Source: Bacteroidales bacterium UBA3724
GTDB taxonomy: Bacteria; Bacteroidota; Bacteroidia; Bacteroidales; P3
Reading direction: 5' to 3'
DNA length: 64,000 nucleotides
NCBI GenBank assembly: GCA_002371315.1
Contig: DFHL01000013.1
Location: forward strand, 5,742 to 69,741
In this document: one piece after another, positions 19,598 to 26,800 of the stretch
Layout of the letters: every line of letters begins with the position of its first letter
How positions within the stretch are numbered: the first letter of the stretch is position 1
The notes under the pieces: model-generated
What the model saw: only the letters and a program-made list of their open reading frames with translations
Database searches by the model: none
What the model was told of the DNA's origin: nothing
Made by a program: the position numbers and the translations under genes

Positions 19598-20230
19598 TTA
19601 GAAGCGGATGCCGAAGGTAAACTGGATGCTGCATCCAGTCATTTGCGGTGCGTCGGTGGCAGTATAGCCTAAAGCGGTAAGGCCAGCAGGCAGTTCCGCA
19701 GGTTCGCTGCCAATGTTGGCATAATAAGGCAGCTGTGCGTGCAAACCCACGAAGGTATGCTCGCTGCTTTTGTAGTTGATGCCCATCTCGAAGTTGCAGC
19801 AGAAACCAAAACGTGCGGCAGATTCAATATTGCCGGCAAATTCGTATCCACTACCGTGGAACAGCACTCCCAAAGCGGCACCAGTTTCCAGTTCAAAACG
19901 GTTACCAAGAGGAACATAGTCACGGAAGTCTGCCATAATGTCAAGGTCGAAGAAATTCTCGTCCAATGCGCGGAACGAGGTGTTGCCGCCACGCGATCCG
20001 ATATTGAGGCCGACAAAAGCGTTGTTCTTAAAACGGTAGCCCAGCGTGATGTGTTCCGAAGGAATCATACTGTAGGCATCGGTGGGGTCGACAAAGGCCG
20101 ACACGGGTGCATAGTTACCGAACTTAGAGAAACCAAGACCGGCTTCGGTCATAAAGCCGCCTTTCGATTCCTGTGCGCCGCACACGGCAGCCACACACAG
20201 AAGAGCAGTCAGAATCAAAGTATTTTTCAT
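19598..20230 (-). CDS. outer-membrane beta-barrel (porin-family) protein
   Basis: 210 aa. Signal peptide, alternating beta-strand pattern, C-terminal aromatic residue (FGIRF). Confidence 0.75.
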   Translation of the reverse strand: MKNTLILTALLCVAAVCGAQESKGGFMTEAGLGFSKFGNYAPVSAFVDPTDAYSMIPSEHITLGYRFKNNAFVGLNIGSRGGNTSFRALDENFFDLDIMADFRDYVPLGNRFELETGAALGVLFHGSGYEFAGNIESAARFGFCCNFEMGINYKSSEHTFVGLHAQLPYYANIGSEPAELPAGLTALGYTATDAPQMTGCSIQFTFGIRF

Positions 20231-20284
20231 AATCGTTTATTGTTTTTGTTTATGAAATAATATTGTTTTGAATAGTCGTTATTA

Positions 20285-21094
20285 TCACCAGTCCGAATCC
20301 CAGTCGGTGCTGCTTGAGCTCCAGCTGTCGCTGCTGCTCCACTTCGAGTCGCTGTCCCAGTCGTCATCATCGTCACTCGAACCCGACGAGCCATTGTCGT
20401 ACCAGTTGGTCTGCTCGAAGGCCGTACCCTCGTGTCCGCTGTACTTGTACTGGTCGGCGTTGTCGTCGTTGATGTATTCCGACAGGGATTCCGCCTCAAG
20501 CCATTTGTCGGTAGTGGGGTCATAGCTGAACCATTTCGAATTCTGATGGTAGTATTCCGTGCCGTTGTACTTGTAATAACCCCTTGGCGGAACTCCGTCA
20601 AAAACCGAATAAGCGATAAAGAAGATCATCATTATAACCAGGAGCGTGACAAATCCGCAACCCAAACAACAATTTCTTTTCTTAAAGATATCATCTTTCA
20701 ATGCCGTGGGCTTGGCACCTGGCGAGTTGTGCTTCTGGTCGGCAATCTCGGCTTTGAGGCGCTGATATAGCTCGTTGACGGCATAGCCTTCGTCGGCACC
20801 CTTGTAGCGCACCGCGCGCTCGCCGGTCGACTTGTTCTTGTAGACAACAAAGTCGCCCGTCTCGGTCTTGTAGATGCCGAACGCCTTGGGCTCAGAAATA
20901 TCCTTGCCTATAAAGAAGCGCGTTATCTCCTCCGGGGGCAGGTTGTGGGCCACATACCACGCCTTCAGCTCCTCGATGGTCTGAGGCTGGCCTGACGCCG
21001 TGCGGTTCACGCCCGACAGAGGGGCGCCACAATGTGGGCACGACTGGCTTCGCTCGTCGATCATCGACCCACAAAAATCGCATTTGATGTTCAT
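20285..21094 (-). CDS. zinc-ribbon membrane protein with acidic Ser/Asp/Trp-rich tail
   Basis: N-terminal CDFCGS...CPHCG zinc ribbon, one TM helix (CLGCGFVTLLVIMMIFFIAY), tail ...SSGSSDDDDDWDSDSKWSSSDSWSSSSTDWDSDW. I chose the start at MNIKCDF. The ORF track extends to 21136. Confidence 0.65.
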   Translation of the reverse strand: MNIKCDFCGSMIDERSQSCPHCGAPLSGVNRTASGQPQTIEELKAWYVAHNLPPEEITRFFIGKDISEPKAFGIYKTETGDFVVYKNKSTGERAVRYKGADEGYAVNELYQRLKAEIADQKHNSPGAKPTALKDDIFKKRNCCLGCGFVTLLVIMMIFFIAYSVFDGVPPRGYYKYNGTEYYHQNSKWFSYDPTTDKWLEAESLSEYINDDNADQYKYSGHEGTAFEQTNWYDNGSSGSSDDDDDWDSDSKWSSSDSWSSSSTDWDSDW

Positions 21095-21151
21095 AGTTGT
21101 TCTGTTATTAAGTGTTTTTGATTGCTTTAAGCACAAAGCCTTTGCAACGGG

Positions 21152-21952
21152 CTACATAGGCTTGATTTTCCTTGCCAGTCGGGCAGCCAGTCCGGGCAGG
21201 AACTGCTTGATGTAGGCCATCAGCAGCTCGTAGCGGCCCACCATCACCTCGCGTTTCTTCTTGTAGACAGCCTTGACAATCTTGTCGGCAGCCTGCTGGG
21301 GCGTGACGCCACCGGCCTGGCCGGCATCCATCTTGCCGTGCTGGCGGCCGTCCTTTTCGAGGGCGTACTTCGAAATGTTGGTCTGCACGCGACCTGGACA
21401 CACAATGGTGACGCGAATGTTCTGGTCGTAGGTCTCGGCCTGAACGGTCTCGAAAAAGCCGTAAAGGGCGTGCTTGGCCGAGCTGTAGGCACAACGCAGC
21501 GGGAAGCCGAAGCGACCGGCGATGCTGGTGGTCACAACCAGCTGTCCCCCACCCCGTTCTATCATCCGTGGCAGGATGTTCTTGGTCAGGATTACGGGGG
21601 CAAAATAGTCGATGTCCATCACCTTGCGGATGACGCGCATCTCGGTCTCGACGGTGGTGCCGCGCTGGCTGATGCCGGCATTGTTGTACAGGACGTCGAT
21701 GCCGCCGAAGCGGTTCCACGCCTGCTCGGCAAGGGCATCGAGCCCGTCGCTGTCCGACAGGTCGAAGGGCAACGCCGCAGCATCGGGAGCGCCGAGCTCC
21801 TTGCAGCGGGCCACGACCTTTTCGAGCAGGTCGGCCTCCAGGGCGGTGACAATCACCATTGCGCCCTCCTCGGCAAAGCGGTAGGCCGTAGCCTCGCCGA
21901 TGCCCGACGAGGCACCTGTAATCCAGACAGTTTTATTTTCGAATTTCTTCAT
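21152..21952 (-). CDS. SDR-family oxidoreductase (candidate dehydrocapnine/3-keto-sphingoid reductase, CapC-like)
   Basis: TGASSGIG cofactor motif and YSSAK catalytic motif. Same strand as, and adjacent to, the ThrC-like and AONS-like genes. Start chosen at MKKFENKTVWITG. Confidence 0.8.
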   Translation of the reverse strand: MKKFENKTVWITGASSGIGEATAYRFAEEGAMVIVTALEADLLEKVVARCKELGAPDAAALPFDLSDSDGLDALAEQAWNRFGGIDVLYNNAGISQRGTTVETEMRVIRKVMDIDYFAPVILTKNILPRMIERGGGQLVVTTSIAGRFGFPLRCAYSSAKHALYGFFETVQAETYDQNIRVTIVCPGRVQTNISKYALEKDGRQHGKMDAGQAGGVTPQQAADKIVKAVYKKKREVMVGRYELLMAYIKQFLPGLAARLARKIKPM

Positions 21953-22054
21953 TTGTTTTGCGGATTGAAATCCATTCATTATCTGCGACAAACCATAGAT
22001 TCGTCACAATACATTGCTAATCAGACACACCCTGGCATCCTACAGCGGCAGCCA

Positions 22055-22132
22055 GTTAAGGTCAAGGTTATGGTTAAAGTTAAGGTTAAAGTTAAGGTTA
22101 AAGTTAAGGTTAAAGTTAAGGTTAAAGTTAAA
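22055..22132. repeat. 12-bp tandem repeat (GTTAAGGTTAAA)n
   Basis: Four perfect units at 22079-22126, two degenerate units upstream and a half unit downstream. It abuts the stop codon of the ThrC-like gene. Confidence 0.95.
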
Positions 22133-22133
22133 C

Positions 22134-23348
22134 TCAACCCTCCACCAACTCCTTGAACCACTGGGCGCGGTCGCAGCCCTCGCCGGTGTTGAGCAGCACA
22201 ACGTCGCCGTTCTTGATCTCGCCTTTGTCCACAGCCTGGAAAAATCCGGCATAGCACACCATCGAGGCAGGACCCATCAGCACTCCGCGGCTGGCCTTCA
22301 TCTCCTTGCCGTAGCGGGGCAGCTCGGCCTCCTTGACACGGATAAAGGTGCCGCCCGAACGCTTAACCAGCGGAGCCACAAGCGGATAGTTGCCCGGATT
22401 GGCAGCCGTCAGGATGCCGATGCGGGTCTTGATGTCCTTCTTGGCCTCGTACTGCTGCTCCCATCCTGCGGGGAATCCGGCAGCCGTGGCCTTCTCCCAG
22501 GCCGTCACCATCGGGTCGCACTCGTCCTGCTGCACCAGCAGCATTCGCGGCAGCTCATATTTCTTGTCGCCATCCATAGCCTGCAGGTCGCGGAAGCCCT
22601 TCTCGAAAGCCAGCGGCGACGTGCCGCCAGCCACAGCCTGCATATAGACCGTGGGCAGCTGGCCCATCTGGCGCAGGCACTCGAACACCACCAGACGCTT
22701 CGACTCGATGCGCAGCGGATCGGTGTTGCCGCCGCTGATCAGCACATTGTTGGTCTTGTGATAGTTGGCAGCCTCTTCCTTAGCAGCGCCGTAGCCGCCG
22801 GCCGAGACGACCACAGGCTGACCCACCTTGCGGATGGCCTCGACCGTGGCGGGGTCGATGCAGTTGGGCGCAAACTCGGTGAAGCGGATGCCTGCCTTGG
22901 CGCTGTAGGTGGCAAAAGCCACGCCGGCGTTGCCCGTCGACGCCAGACAGTACTCCTTGACGCCCTGCTCCTTCAGCACCGTGGCGGCCAGCGCCGCGCT
23001 GATGTCCTTGAACGAGCCGCTGCCGCGGTTCAGGTCGTTGCGATAGACAAACACCTTGCAGTCAACGCCTTTACCCTTTGCATAGGCCTCCAGGTTGTCC
23101 CACCTTTCGATGGGAATCAGGCCCTCGCCAAAGCTGACCACGTTGCTGCGGTCGGCGATGGGCAGCATATCGAAGTAATAGTCTTGGTACGAGTCGGTTG
23201 CAGGCTCCTCGGCAGGGGCGTGCAGCGGCTCCAGGTATTCCACCTCGGCATATCCGCTGCCGCAGTCGCACTTCTGGTCCTGGCGAAACCAAGTGGCAAA
23301 GTCGGCGATGACCTTGCCACATTTCTTGCATCTGAGTTGGTATTTCAT
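22134..23348 (-). CDS. threonine-synthase-fold PLP enzyme (candidate cysteate synthase, CapA-like)
   Basis: About 404 aa. N-terminal Cys4 ribbon (CKKCGK...CDCGSG) and PLP-lysine context GSGSFKDISA. Start chosen at MKYQLRC so that the 18-bp hairpin at 23373-23430 is intergenic. Confidence 0.75.
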   Translation of the reverse strand: MKYQLRCKKCGKVIADFATWFRQDQKCDCGSGYAEVEYLEPLHAPAEEPATDSYQDYYFDMLPIADRSNVVSFGEGLIPIERWDNLEAYAKGKGVDCKVFVYRNDLNRGSGSFKDISAALAATVLKEQGVKEYCLASTGNAGVAFATYSAKAGIRFTEFAPNCIDPATVEAIRKVGQPVVVSAGGYGAAKEEAANYHKTNNVLISGGNTDPLRIESKRLVVFECLRQMGQLPTVYMQAVAGGTSPLAFEKGFRDLQAMDGDKKYELPRMLLVQQDECDPMVTAWEKATAAGFPAGWEQQYEAKKDIKTRIGILTAANPGNYPLVAPLVKRSGGTFIRVKEAELPRYGKEMKASRGVLMGPASMVCYAGFFQAVDKGEIKNGDVVLLNTGEGCDRAQWFKELVEG

Positions 23349-23372
23349 CACTACAGGTTTTAAAGTTTCAAA

Positions 23373-23430
23373 GGTTGAAGGGTTAAAAGGAGCCTGAGAC
23401 ACGCAAGCTATCCCTTTTAACCCTTCAACT
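23373..23430 (-). terminator. very strong intercistronic hairpin (terminator/attenuator or RNA-stability element)
   Basis: GTTGAAGGGTTAAAAGGA / TCCTTTTAACCCTTCAAC. 18 consecutive Watson-Crick pairs around a 19-nt loop. No clean T-run follows on the transcribed strand. Confidence 0.45.
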
Positions 23431-23440
23431 TCCCAACCTT

Positions 23441-24706
23441 TTAGTTTTTCTTGATGATATGCATATCGGGCATCGGCTTGTTGTAGACACCCTCGTCCAG
23501 TTTCTTCTTCACCTCGCGGAACACCTCGATCGTGCGGTTGGCGTGCTCCATAGTGTGGACCGCCGTGGGGATGATGCGCAGCATAATCTGGCCCTTCGGC
23601 ACAACGGGATAGACCACGATGGAGCAGAAGATGCCGTAGTTCTCACGCAGGTCGACCACCACGTTGGTGCCCTGGTTCACGTCGCCCGGGAAGAAGACCG
23701 GCGTGATGGGGCTCTCGGTGACGCCCGTGTTCAGGCCCTCGGCCTGGAGCGACTTCTGCAGATAGGTCGACAGCTCCCACAGCTTCTCGCGGTATTCGGG
23801 ATGCTGGTTGATGATTTCCAGACGGCGCTTGACGCCCCAAACGATAGGCATCGGCAGGCTCTTGGCATAGATTTGCGAGCGCATATTGAAGCGCAGGTAG
23901 GTGATGATGTCCTCGTCGTTGCAGCCGATAAAGCCGCCGATGATGGCCATCGTCTTGGCGAAAGCGCAGAAATAGAGGTCAATCTCGTCCTCGCAGTTGA
24001 AGTGCGTGTGCGTGCCGCGGCCCTCGGGACCCATAACGCCCATACCGTGGGCATCGTCGATCAGGATGCGGAAGTTGAACTCCTTCTTCAGAGCCACAAT
24101 CTTGTCCAGCGCACCCAGGTCGCCCTCCATACCATACACACCCTCGGTGGCCACCAGGATGCCGCCGCCCTGCTTCTCGGCCAGCGCCGTGGCCTGGGTC
24201 AGCTGCTTGCGAAGGCTCTCGATGTCGTTGTGCTGATATTTGAAACGCTTGGCACCCGTCACGCGGAAACCGTCGATCAGGCAGGCGTGAGCCTCGCTGT
24301 CGTAGACGATGACGTCGCGCAGGCTGACGATGGTGTCGAGGATACTGATCTGGCCCTGATAGCCGAAGTTGAGCAGGTAGCCGTACTTCTTGTGCGTATA
24401 CTGGCACAGCATCGACTCAACCTCCTCGTGCAGAGCGGTATGGCCGCTCATCATACGGGCACCCATCGGATAGGCCAGGCCCCAGCGGCGGGCGCCCTCC
24501 TCGTCGGCGGCGCGCACCTCAGGGTTGTTGGCCAGACCCAGATAGTTGTTCAGGCTCCAGTTCAGCACCTTCTTGCCGTTGAACGTCATCTCGGGACCCA
24601 GCTCGCCCTCGAGCTTCGGAAAATAGAAATAGCCATCGGCCAGCTTGCGATACTGTCCCAGCGGACCGCCGGTCGACTCTTTGATTCTTTCAAAAATATC
24701 CTTCAT
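23441..24706 (-). CDS. alpha-oxoamine synthase family PLP enzyme (candidate cysteate-C-fatty-acyltransferase, CapB/SulA-like)
   Basis: 421 aa. AONS/SPT-family features (NYLGLANNPEV, DDAHGMGVMG, PLP-lysine context AFAKTMAIIGGF). Confidence 0.8.
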   Translation of the reverse strand: MKDIFERIKESTGGPLGQYRKLADGYFYFPKLEGELGPEMTFNGKKVLNWSLNNYLGLANNPEVRAADEEGARRWGLAYPMGARMMSGHTALHEEVESMLCQYTHKKYGYLLNFGYQGQISILDTIVSLRDVIVYDSEAHACLIDGFRVTGAKRFKYQHNDIESLRKQLTQATALAEKQGGGILVATEGVYGMEGDLGALDKIVALKKEFNFRILIDDAHGMGVMGPEGRGTHTHFNCEDEIDLYFCAFAKTMAIIGGFIGCNDEDIITYLRFNMRSQIYAKSLPMPIVWGVKRRLEIINQHPEYREKLWELSTYLQKSLQAEGLNTGVTESPITPVFFPGDVNQGTNVVVDLRENYGIFCSIVVYPVVPKGQIMLRIIPTAVHTMEHANRTIEVFREVKKKLDEGVYNKPMPDMHIIKKN

Positions 24707-24865
24707 ATTGTTTAAATTTTATTTAGATTTCAGCGCAATATTATCATATTCAGCCACTAACGCCTTGACGCGCGTGGCACTTCAAACCGCAAAAATACTA
24801 AAAAAACCTAAAACCGCAAGCCTTCGCCACCCGAAATCTTCGCATTCGCACTATTTTTAACATTT

Positions 24866-25049
24866 CCCCCACCCCGCCCCAACGCCATCCCCACATCACC
24901 CCCACACCGCCCCCACACCCATCCAACCTCCGAATCCAATCCCCCGGCACCAACCATCCATCCACCCGTCACCCCATACCCGACCCGTCGACACCCAAGA
25001 CCCAACCAGCCGTCGCCCGAACCCCGTCCGCCCAACACCCCTACCACAG
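24866..25049. other. extreme C-rich (minus strand G-rich) tract, G-quadruplex/i-motif prone
   Basis: By my count, 18 runs of three or more C in about 185 nt, with almost no T or G on the plus strand. Confidence 0.85.
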
Positions 25050-25086
25050 AAAACTCCCTCTCCGAAAGGGCCGCTCTGAACTATCT

Positions 25087-25285
25087 TCTGAAAAAGTTAT
25101 TAACAAATTCTGACCATCTTCTACTGGCGTAAAATTTGGTAAGAATTTGGTAAGAACTTGGGTAGAATTTGGTAAGAAGATGGTACCTGGAAAACAGACA
25201 GTTGCAAAAGGCCGTTTTTTGCCCGTTTTTGCCCCCTTCGGAAGGCAAGTTATCAACAATTTTCGGAGCCCTTTTCCAGAAAACT
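25087..25285 (+). repeat. dispersed intergenic element, copy 2
   Basis: ctACTGGCGtaaaaTTTGGTAagaaTTTGGTAagaacTTGGGTAgaaTTTGGTAagaagaTGGTAcctggaaaacag...gccgttttttgcccgtttttgcc. Bracketed by AGTTATTAACAAATT (25095) and AGTTATCAACAATTT (25248). Confidence 0.85.
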
Positions 25286-25375
25286 CCGCCCCGCCCCCGG
25301 CACGCCGCCGCCCCTCCCCCGACACCCCCGCTACGCAGGCGCCCCGCCTGCGAAAAAACAGACACCCCCACCCGC
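25286..25375. other. second C-rich tract
   Basis: ccgccccgcccccggcacgccgccgcccctcccccgacaccccc...gacacccccacccgc, lying on the other side of element copy 2. Confidence 0.75.
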
Positions 25376-25412
25376 AACTCTATCTATTCCGCAGACGAGG
25401 CTCCAGCGCACC

Positions 25413-25503
25413 AATTTGAAGATTTTTCAGACAAGATTTGAAGATTTATTTTCATACTTTTGAAGATTTTTCTTTGCAGAATTGAAGATTTTCTGTATTT
25501 TTG
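25413..25503 (+). repeat. 4 x 22-bp direct-repeat array (TTGAAGATTT cores)
   Basis: Cores start at 25416, 25438, 25460 and 25482, exactly 22 bp apart. The last unit overlaps the promoter boxes of the AAA-ATPase gene. Confidence 0.85.
25473..25503 (+). promoter_or_regulatory. Bacteroidetes-type promoter for the AAA-ATPase gene
   Basis: TTTG (25473-25476), 19-nt spacer, TATTTTTG (25496-25503). The ATG is at 25525. Confidence 0.5.
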
Positions 25504-25524
25504 CAGCCAGAAAAACGATACAAT

Positions 25525-26712
25525 ATGATAAGACGAATTCATAATAACGACTTGATTTCCCGCATTAAGGAGCCTCGCCGCACTATCCAAGTGGTTGCCG
25601 GCCCTCGGCAAGTTGGCAAGACAACTATGGTAAAACAGGTTTTGGAAGAGCTGGCAATCCCTTCCTTGTATTGCAATGCCGATGCAGTAAAGCCTGACGA
25701 CAAGGGTTGGATAGCATCGCGGTGGGAAGAGGCCCGCTCGAGGATGCGCTTCGACGGCATAGGAGAATTTATTCTGGCTATAGACGAGATTCACAAAATC
25801 AACGACTGGAGCGAGCAAGTGAAAAAGGAATGGGACGCCGACAGCTTTAACAATATAAATATCAAGGTTATATTGCTCGGTTCGTCAAGGCTTCTGCTGA
25901 AAAAGGGATTGACCGAATCGCTTGCCGGACGGTTTGAGATTTTTCCAATGGGCCATTGGACATTCAAAGAGATGAATGAGGCTTTTGGCTTGAATATCAA
26001 CCAATACGTATATTTTGGCGGATACCCGGGCTCGGCCGCATACATAGCCAACGAGAGTCGCTGGCGCAAGTATATGCGTGATTCAATCATAGCACCTGCC
26101 ATCGAAAAGGATGTGCTGCAAACGACCTTTATCTACAAGCCCGCTTTGATGCATCAGCTGTTTCATCTTGGATGCAGCTATTCAGGCGAACTGCTGGCAT
26201 ACAACAAGATGCTTGGAATGCTGCAGGATGCCGGCAACGCGACCACATTGGCTGTCTATCTGAAGACGCTCGGCGAGAGCAAACTTCTGACTGGACTGCA
26301 GAAATACGCCCTCGACAGCGCACGCAAATACCGCTCAATCCCAAAACTCCAGGTTTACAACAATGCATTGCTTTCGGCAATGACAGACGGTATGACCTAC
26401 GAGAAGGCGTACACCAATCCCCAACTGTGGGGCAGATGGGTTGAATCGGCCGTCGGATGCTTCCTTCTCGACAAAGCCGAAGAGCTTGAATACCAGGTGT
26501 ATTATTGGCGAGAGAACAATATGGAGGTCGATTTCGTCATAGTAAGAGGCCAGAGTGTTTTGGCTATTGAAGTCAAAAGCGGCAAAATACAGATGAACAG
26601 CGGATTGGCGATATTCCGCGAACGCTTCAAGCCGCGCCACTCGCTGGTCGTCGGAGGCGATTCGATGCCCCTTGAATCGTTTTTCAACGGCGACATAGAG
26701 AACCTGCTGTAA
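25525..26712 (+). CDS. AAA-family ATPase with C-terminal PD-(D/E)XK-like (DUF4143-type) domain
   Basis: Walker A GPRQVGKTT, Walker B-like LAIDEIH, C-terminal NMEVDFVIV...LAIEVKSGK nuclease-fold motif. First ATG is at 25525 (the track uses TTG at 25501). Confidence 0.8.
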   Translation: MIRRIHNNDLISRIKEPRRTIQVVAGPRQVGKTTMVKQVLEELAIPSLYCNADAVKPDDKGWIASRWEEARSRMRFDGIGEFILAIDEIHKINDWSEQVKKEWDADSFNNINIKVILLGSSRLLLKKGLTESLAGRFEIFPMGHWTFKEMNEAFGLNINQYVYFGGYPGSAAYIANESRWRKYMRDSIIAPAIEKDVLQTTFIYKPALMHQLFHLGCSYSGELLAYNKMLGMLQDAGNATTLAVYLKTLGESKLLTGLQKYALDSARKYRSIPKLQVYNNALLSAMTDGMTYEKAYTNPQLWGRWVESAVGCFLLDKAEELEYQVYYWRENNMEVDFVIVRGQSVLAIEVKSGKIQMNSGLAIFRERFKPRHSLVVGGDSMPLESFFNGDIENLL

Positions 26713-26732
26713 CAAAAACAAATTCAACAATA

Positions 26733-26800
26733 CAACTTTTTCGGGGTTTTGACGTAATATACTCGTATGGAAGCGAAGAACATTATTGAGACAAAGAACA
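26733..26800 (+). repeat. direct repeat A (copy of the smpB upstream region + first 11 codons)
   Basis: caactttttcggggttttgacgtaat...ATGGAAGCGAAGAACATTATTGAGACAAAGAAC aligns with 27795-27862. Confidence 0.85.

Noticed and set aside
22055-22132. The regularly spaced short repeats were considered as a possible CRISPR array, or as a coding repeat (the LKLRLKLR translation).
   Set aside because: The units are contiguous 12-mers with no spacers, so this is a microsatellite and not a CRISPR array. The repeat lies in an intergenic gap, and the LKLR frame belongs to a shadow ORF antisense to the ThrC-like gene.
24808-25047. A Gly/Trp-rich 79-aa ORF lies on the minus strand over the C-rich tract.
   Set aside because: It is a direct consequence of GGN codons in a G-rich strand. 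It has no start context and no domain, and a parallel artefact appears over the second tract.
25170-25215. The TGGTACC...TTGC strings in the dispersed element looked like a sigma-54 (-24 GG / -12 GC) promoter.
   Set aside because: GG-to-GC spacing is about 21 nt in copy 2 and differs between copies. The canonical arrangement is TGGCAC-N5-TTGC, which places GC 12 nt after GG. The TTGC is also absent from copies 1 and 5.
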